Below, in pieces: positions 7,339 to 11,685 of a DNA stretch of 11,685 nucleotides. Origin of the DNA: Thermotogota bacterium (GTDB taxonomy: Bacteria > Bipolaricaulota > Bipolaricaulia > UBA7950 > UBA9294). Numbering within the stretch: position 1 is the first letter of the stretch; the number at the start of each line of letters is the position of its first letter. Under the pieces are notes generated by a model, which searched no databases, was not told the DNA's origin, and saw only the letters and a program-made list of their open reading frames with translations. Where the stretch lies: positions 1-11,685 of the forward strand of contig JBDKUT010000086.1 in assembly GCA_039679545.1 (NCBI GenBank). The letters run 5' to 3'. The translations under genes and the position numbers were made by a program.

Positions 7339-7442
7339 GGGTAGCGCATTCGGCCGCCCGCGACGACGGTCTCCCTGGCGGGCGTCCCGAAGGTGCGTTC
7401 CATGGACCGGGCAGGGGTCCGTGCCTGTGCGGACGCGGCTCG

Positions 7443-7470
7443 TTGACCGAAGGTGGTGTCCAGCTATACT
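7443..7470 (+). promoter_or_regulatory. sigma70-type promoter TTGACC-N16-TATACT for the second MFS gene
   Basis: TTGACC at 7443-7448 and TATACT at 7465-7470 each match the consensus at 5 of 6 positions. Confidence 0.65.
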
Positions 7471-7541
7471 CCGGCCGTTCCTGGGCTTCCGCTCAGGCGC
7501 GGGACGCCGCTCGGTGCGGCATCCTCTCGAGGGGGTTCCCG

Positions 7542-8930
7542 ATGCGTCGTTCGATTCGTGATTGGTGGCGTGAGGTCGAGCCGTGGTATGCGGCCGCGGC
7601 CCTTGCCAGCCTTGTTCAGGGAACCGCCTCCGTCCTGATCCCGCTCGCCGTAGGCACCGTCCTCGGCCGATCCGTCGCCTCGCTTGGCGTGCTGTCGAGC
7701 CTCGTCAGCCTCGTGGGCGTGATCGGCAGCCTGACCTGGGGGAGGCTGGCGGACGCGGCGTACCGCCGCAGGCCGGTCCTCGTCCTTTCCTACGCCATGG
7801 TTGGGGCGTGCTTACTCGGGATGGCCTTCGTTCGCACGTTCGAGCAACTGGCTCTCCTGAACATGGTTCTGAACTTCTTCTGGATGGCGCACGCTGCGGT
7901 CTCGGTGCTTGTCGTGATCGAGAACCAAGGGCAAGGCCGCTGGGAACGGAAGATTAGTCACATCAAGCAGTTGGGTGAGATCGGCTGGGAGATTGGCCTG
8001 ATCGTCGGAAGCGGCGCGATGGCTCTGGGAGTGCTCTGGTTTGACGAGGCAACGACGATTCGGGGGGCCTTCCTCCTCATCGGGCTCGGAGGGGTCGTGG
8101 CCGCGGTTCTCTCCGCCCGCTGGGTTCCGCGTGGCGGAGCACGGATCGCGCCCTCGGAGAGATCCTTCCTGGGTGCGGTCGTCGCGTTCGGCGGAGTTCT
8201 CGTGGAGCGAATTCTGTCGGTGCCCCACCACCTCTACGGCCGGCTGAACCTGCGCCGCGTGCTGTCCGAGCTGCGATCCTCGCGAGACCTTCGGCCCGGA
8301 ACGAGACGGTTCCTCGCCGCGACCTTGGCGGCGTTCACCGGCATGGGATTGTTCAGCATCCCACTCCCGCTGCTCTTCGCGCAGCAGTTCCATATGGCGT
8401 CGAGCACCGTCTTCCTTTGTTTTGCCGTTCAGAACGTTGCCGTGGTTGTTGCGTACCCGTTTGCGGCTCGACGAATCAAACGCTCCGGGAATCGCCGCGT
8501 GCAGATGGGCGCACTGGCCGTCCGATTGACATTCTTTGGGGCGGCGGCGCTGTACCTGACACTGACGACGACGATCCCTTCCGCTGTCCTCATCTGTGCG
8601 ACGTTGGCCGGAGTAGGGTTCACGTGGTCGTACGTCCAGCTGACAGGCCTCGCGTTGACCTCAAGACTCGCGAAGCGAGAGAGCCGTGGACTCGCCATTG
8701 GGCTGTACAACGGAGTCTCCGGCGTTGGGTGGATCCTCGCGGGGGTCGGGAGCGGGTACTTGGCGGAGCGGGTCGGGTACCACGTGACGTTCGCGGCCGC
8801 GACGGCGTTCCTTGTGCTCGCCATCGTCGTCCTGCGGTTCGTTCCTGAGCCGCCCATGGAGGGCTCCGAGGCGACAGGACGCGCGGAAGGCGGCGGGGCG
8901 GCTGCGGTTCCCGGGTCGCCCAAGGTGTGA
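7542..8930 (+). CDS. MFS transporter, 462 aa
   Basis: About 12 hydrophobic helices, motif A WGRLADAAYRRR, a long central loop and GYLAERVGY near the C-terminus. Start moved from 7113 to ATG 7542, which follows GAGGGGG and lies downstream of the promoter. Confidence 0.9.
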   Translation: MRRSIRDWWREVEPWYAAAALASLVQGTASVLIPLAVGTVLGRSVASLGVLSSLVSLVGVIGSLTWGRLADAAYRRRPVLVLSYAMVGACLLGMAFVRTFEQLALLNMVLNFFWMAHAAVSVLVVIENQGQGRWERKISHIKQLGEIGWEIGLIVGSGAMALGVLWFDEATTIRGAFLLIGLGGVVAAVLSARWVPRGGARIAPSERSFLGAVVAFGGVLVERILSVPHHLYGRLNLRRVLSELRSSRDLRPGTRRFLAATLAAFTGMGLFSIPLPLLFAQQFHMASSTVFLCFAVQNVAVVVAYPFAARRIKRSGNRRVQMGALAVRLTFFGAAALYLTLTTTIPSAVLICATLAGVGFTWSYVQLTGLALTSRLAKRESRGLAIGLYNGVSGVGWILAGVGSGYLAERVGYHVTFAAATAFLVLAIVVLRFVPEPPMEGSEATGRAEGGGAAAVPGSPKV

Positions 8931-9000
8931 CGCCGCCGCACGAAGAGGCCAAATGCCGTCCACGGCACGGGCCGAACCTCTGGGGACACAGGGAGGCTAC

Positions 9001-9700
9001 GTGCGTTCGTACGTAGGGCTGGGCGTTCTCCCTCCCTTCCGAGCGTCCGCTTTCGCGGCAATCCGTGCGGGCTGTCGGTGTACGCCCCTGAAGAGTCGGC
9101 ACCGCTTCGGTTCCTCACTGCGGCGTGCTCGGGATCACGGAGTCCCAGCTCGCCCTGAACTTTGGCGAGGCGAGCATGTCAGCGCGCATGGCCAGCTTGC
9201 TTGTTGCGGCGTCTCCTTTGGTTCTCGGCGCTTCTCGCAACACCGATCCTTGGGGAGCGCATGCGGCCGATCGGGGGGCTCGGAATCGCCGTTGGCTTCG
9301 CGGGGGTCGCCCTGATGGCGCCCGGGGAGGGCGATGGCGTACTCCTGGAGGCTGGAGCGGGAATCATCGTTTTTGCCGCCGTCTTCACGAGCGCGTACAA
9401 CGTCCTGCAGAAAAGGGTCATGGCGCGCTACGGTCCCCCTCGAGTTCACGACTTACGTGATCTGGGCGGGGACGATCCCGTACGTGCTGTGGCCGCCGCC
9501 TTGGCGCGGTTCCCTGCTTCGGCTCTCGCCGGCTACCTCGACCTGAAACCGGTCCTTGCGATCGTGATCGCCTGGGTCGGGTTGTCGGAGGTTCCGACAG
9601 CGCTCACAATCCTCGGGGGAGTCATGGCGATTGCCGGTGCGAGCTGGCCAGTTGGGCCAGTCGTGGGGCGGCAACACGTGCCGAGAGGGGCGAGGTGTGA
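9001..9700 (+). pseudogene. EamA/DMT-family transporter pseudogene with multiple frameshifts and internal deletions
   Basis: SD GGAGG then GTG 9001. EamA-like blocks occur in successive different frames: ASAFAAIRAG / LSVYAPEESAPLRFLTAA / VLGIT..QLALNFGE..ASLLVAASPL / FSALLA..ILGERM..GIAVGFAGVALM..YNVLQKRVMARYGP / LEFTTYVIWAGTIP-YVLW / AALARFPAS..PVLAIVIAW..EVPT.LTILGGVMAIAG. Probable ancestral stop is TGA 9698-9700. Confidence 0.85.
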
Positions 9701-10158
9701 CAGAGAACCGAGGTGCCCGATACGAGCGCATCTACGAGCAGCTGTACGGGCTAATCGAAGGGAAGTCGCCAGACCTTATCGCGGCGATGGCGACGATCTG
9801 CGCGGTGCTTCACGCCAAGATGCCGCATCACCTGTGGACCGGGTTCTACCGACTCGCCGGAGATGAGCTCCACGTCGGTCCGTACGAGGGAGCGGTCGCG
9901 TGCCAGGTCTTGCGTGGCGGCGGTGTTTGTCTTCAGGCGGTCACGACGCGGAGCGCGGTCGTCGTTCCCGACGTCGCCGCTTTCCCGGGCCATATCACGT
10001 GCGATGGTCGCGCGCGGAGCGAGATCGCGGTTCCTGTTGTGAAGAACGGCCGCGTGATGGCCGTGCTCGACGCGGACTCGGTTGACGGGGCACAGTTCAC
10101 GGACGAGGACGTTGCTCCACTCGAGCGGATCCTCGGGCTTCTCACGCCGTATCTCTAG
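9697..10158 (+). CDS. msrC: GAF-domain protein, free methionine-R-sulfoxide reductase (fRMsr), 153 aa
   Basis: WTGFY, VGPYEGAVAC, GVC, VPDV-x-x-FPGHITCD, SEIAVP and VLDADS motifs, with the three family cysteines present. GTG 9697 follows GAGAGGGG. Confidence 0.85.
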   Translation: MTENRGARYERIYEQLYGLIEGKSPDLIAAMATICAVLHAKMPHHLWTGFYRLAGDELHVGPYEGAVACQVLRGGGVCLQAVTTRSAVVVPDVAAFPGHITCDGRARSEIAVPVVKNGRVMAVLDADSVDGAQFTDEDVAPLERILGLLTPYL

Positions 10159-10164
10159 GCGCCT

Positions 10165-10176
10165 GCGTCCTCGGCG
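10165..10176 (+). repeat. 12-bp direct repeat copy 1 (GCGTCCTCGGCG)
   Basis: Identical 12-mer at 10603-10614. This copy starts 6 nt after the msrC stop. Confidence 0.5.
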
Positions 10177-10318
10177 CGCGATCGTGGAGCAACGGCCCGA
10201 AGCAGAGCTCCGCTGAACCGTGAACCGGCCGGGTGGCGAGCTGCAACGACTCGCGCTTCGCGCCGTTCTTCTTGCCGCGCACGTCGAATCGAGCGCAAAA
10301 CAAAAGGAGAGGAGAGCG

Positions 10319-10594
10319 GTGAGAGCCCGACTTGAGGCACGCATCTTCGGACGAGTGCAGGGAGTCTTCTTTCGCCAGAGCACGCTGACCCAGGCGGGGC
10401 GCCTTGGGCTCGTGGGAACCGTGAAGAACGAGCCCGATGGGAGCGTCTTTGTCGTCGCCGAAGGCGAGCGAGTCGTCGTTGAGGCGCTTCTCGACTGGCT
10501 CCACCGAGGGCCCGAGCGAGCCTTCGTCGACCGGGTGGACGCCACGTGGAGTGCCCCGACCGGGGTGTACGCCGAGTTTCGTATCCTGCGGTAG
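10319..10594 (+). CDS. acyP: acylphosphatase, 91 aa
   Basis: GRVQGVFFR phosphate-binding loop with the catalytic Arg, G-x-VKN-x-x-DGSV with the catalytic Asn, and W-x-x-x-GP. GTG 10319 follows AAGGAGAGGAG. Confidence 0.95.
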   Translation: MRARLEARIFGRVQGVFFRQSTLTQAGRLGLVGTVKNEPDGSVFVVAEGERVVVEALLDWLHRGPERAFVDRVDATWSAPTGVYAEFRILR

Positions 10595-10602
10595 TCCCCG
10601 TC

Positions 10603-10614
10603 GCGTCCTCGGCG
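10603..10614 (+). repeat. 12-bp direct repeat copy 2, within the hairpin TCGCGTC-N6-GGCGCGA (10601-10620)
   Basis: Starts 8 nt after the acyP stop. The stem has 7 bp including one G-U pair and no U-tract. Confidence 0.5.
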
Positions 10615-10668
10615 GCGCGAGGGCGGGCGTCCTCCACCAAGTGAGGACGTACCTCCCGTTCGGACGCA

Positions 10669-10697
10669 TTGTTGAGACCTAACGTGCCCGGTAGTAT
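10669..10697 (+). promoter_or_regulatory. candidate uvrB promoter TTGTTG-N17-TAGTAT
   Basis: TTGTTG at 10669-10674 and TAGTAT at 10692-10697, ending 12 nt before ATG 10710. Confidence 0.45.
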
Positions 10698-10709
10698 TCC
10701 TACCTTGGG

Positions 10710-11685
10710 ATGAGACTTTCACGGGTCGGTGAAGAGGCGGGATTCCGAATCTCGAACAGGCTGCAACCGTGCGGCGACCAGCCGGCGGCCATCGAGCGTC
10801 TGTCGGACGGCGTGCGCGCGGGGTTGCAGTTCCAAACGCTTTGGGGTGCGACCGGAACCGGGAAGACGTTCACGATCGCCCACGTGATCCAGGAAGTGCA
10901 GCGCCCGACGCTCGTGGTTGCTCACAACAAGACGCTCACGGCGCAGCTCGCCAACGAGTTCCGCGAGCTGTTCCCCGACAACGCCGTTCACTACTTCGTC
11001 TCGTACTACGACTACTACCAACCCGAGGCGTACATCCCGCAAACCGACACGTACATCGAAAAGGACTCTTCGATCAACGACGAGATCGATCGTCTCCGCC
11101 ACGCGGCGACCGCGGCTCTCTTCGAGCGGCGTGATGTGATCATCGTGGCGTCGGTGTCGTGCATCTACGGCCTCGGGTCGCCGTCAAGCTACTACGACAT
11201 GTCGATCACGCTCGAGCGCGGTTCAAGCTGGGATCGTGACGACGTGATGCGGCGGATGGTCGGACTGCAGTACACGCGAAACGAGATCGGATTCGATCGC
11301 GGGACGTTCCGCGTCCGCGGCGACACGGTCGAGATCATCCCAGCGTACGAAGAGCGTGTCGTGCGTCTCGAGTTCTTCGGCGACGAGATCGAGCGGATCG
11401 CCCTCCTCGACCCGGTGAGCGGGCACCCGCTCGAAGAGGTCTCGACGATCACCATCTTCCCGGCGTCGCACTTCATCACGCCCGACGAGCAGATGCAACG
11501 GGCAGCGTCGACGGTTGAGGAGGAACTGGAGGAGCGGCTGACGGTGCTCCGCAACGAGAACCGACTGCTCGAGGCGCAGCGGCTCGAGCACAGCACCCGC
11601 TACGACCTTGAGATGATGCATCAGATGGGGTATTGCAGCGGAATCGTGAACTACTCCCGCCACCTCGACGGCCGCCGTGCGGGAC
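10710..11685 (+). CDS. uvrB: excinuclease ABC subunit B (5' part, truncated by the window end)
   Basis: Open frame from ATG 10710: [10 protein letters not shown], Walker [14 protein letters not shown], beta-hairpin [51 protein letters not shown] and EAQRL. No stop before the window end. Confidence 0.97.
   Translation, partial: MRLSRVGEEAGFRISNRLQPCGDQPAAIERLSDGVRAGLQFQTLWGATGTGKTFTIAHVIQEVQRPTLVVAHNKTLTAQLANEFRELFPDNAVHYFVSYYDYYQPEAYIPQTDTYIEKDSSINDEIDRLRHAATAALFERRDVIIVASVSCIYGLGSPSSYYDMSITLERGSSWDRDDVMRRMVGLQYTRNEIGFDRGTFRVRGDTVEIIPAYEERVVRLEFFGDEIERIALLDPVSGHPLEEVSTITIFPASHFITPDEQMQRAASTVEEELEERLTVLRNENRLLEAQRLEHSTRYDLEMMHQMGYCSGIVNYSRHLDGRRAG

Noticed and set aside
7113..7541. 143-aa N-terminal extension of the second MFS
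   Set aside because: It overlaps the nitroreductase antisense and spans the promoter at 7443-7470. The MFS-like sequence starts at ATG 7542.
9001..9700. Programmed frameshifting or diversity-generating retroelement as the cause of the EamA lesions
   Set aside because: There are too many shifts plus deletions for recoding, and no reverse transcriptase or template/variable repeat pair is present in the window.
9162..9866. ORF-track 234-aa ORF as an intact DMT transporter
   Set aside because: Only two internal blocks are in the EamA frame. The rest is out of frame and runs into msrC.
10181..10265. SRP RNA, tRNA or a known riboswitch in the msrC-acyP gap
   Set aside because: No SRP domain IV motif, no cloverleaf or T-loop, and no aptamer consensus that I can recognise.
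1..11685. CRISPR array, insertion sequence, prophage or anti-phage defence system
   Set aside because: No regularly spaced repeats, no transposase, integrase or phage genes, no defence-type nuclease or NTPase other than housekeeping UvrB, and no evident compositional shift.

Overview
GC-rich bacterial chromosomal segment made of mixed-orientation housekeeping, stress and transport genes. I found no mobile element, CRISPR array, tRNA or rRNA. Gene order: 3' end of an unidentified CDS (+), proline iminopeptidase-like alpha/beta hydrolase (+), signal-peptide protein with beta-barrel-like patterning (-), VanZ-family protein (+), MFS transporter (-), nucleoside hydrolase (-), OsmC-family protein (+), predicted lipoprotein overlapping a stand-alone B3/B4 tRNA-editing-domain protein (+), nitroreductase (-), second MFS transporter (+), a heavily decayed EamA/DMT pseudogene (+), GAF-domain free methionine-R-sulfoxide reductase (+), acylphosphatase (+), and the 5' part of uvrB (+, absent from the ORF track because it runs off the window). 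I cannot support a complete new multi-gene system. The best leads are the orphan beta-barrel candidate, the lipoprotein-B3/B4 gene couple, a probable leaderless MFS transcript, a nucleoside hydrolase lacking the usual HD histidine, paired Arg/Glu losses in a conserved UvrB segment, and the multiply frameshifted EamA relic. All family calls come from motif recognition by eye, not from database searches.
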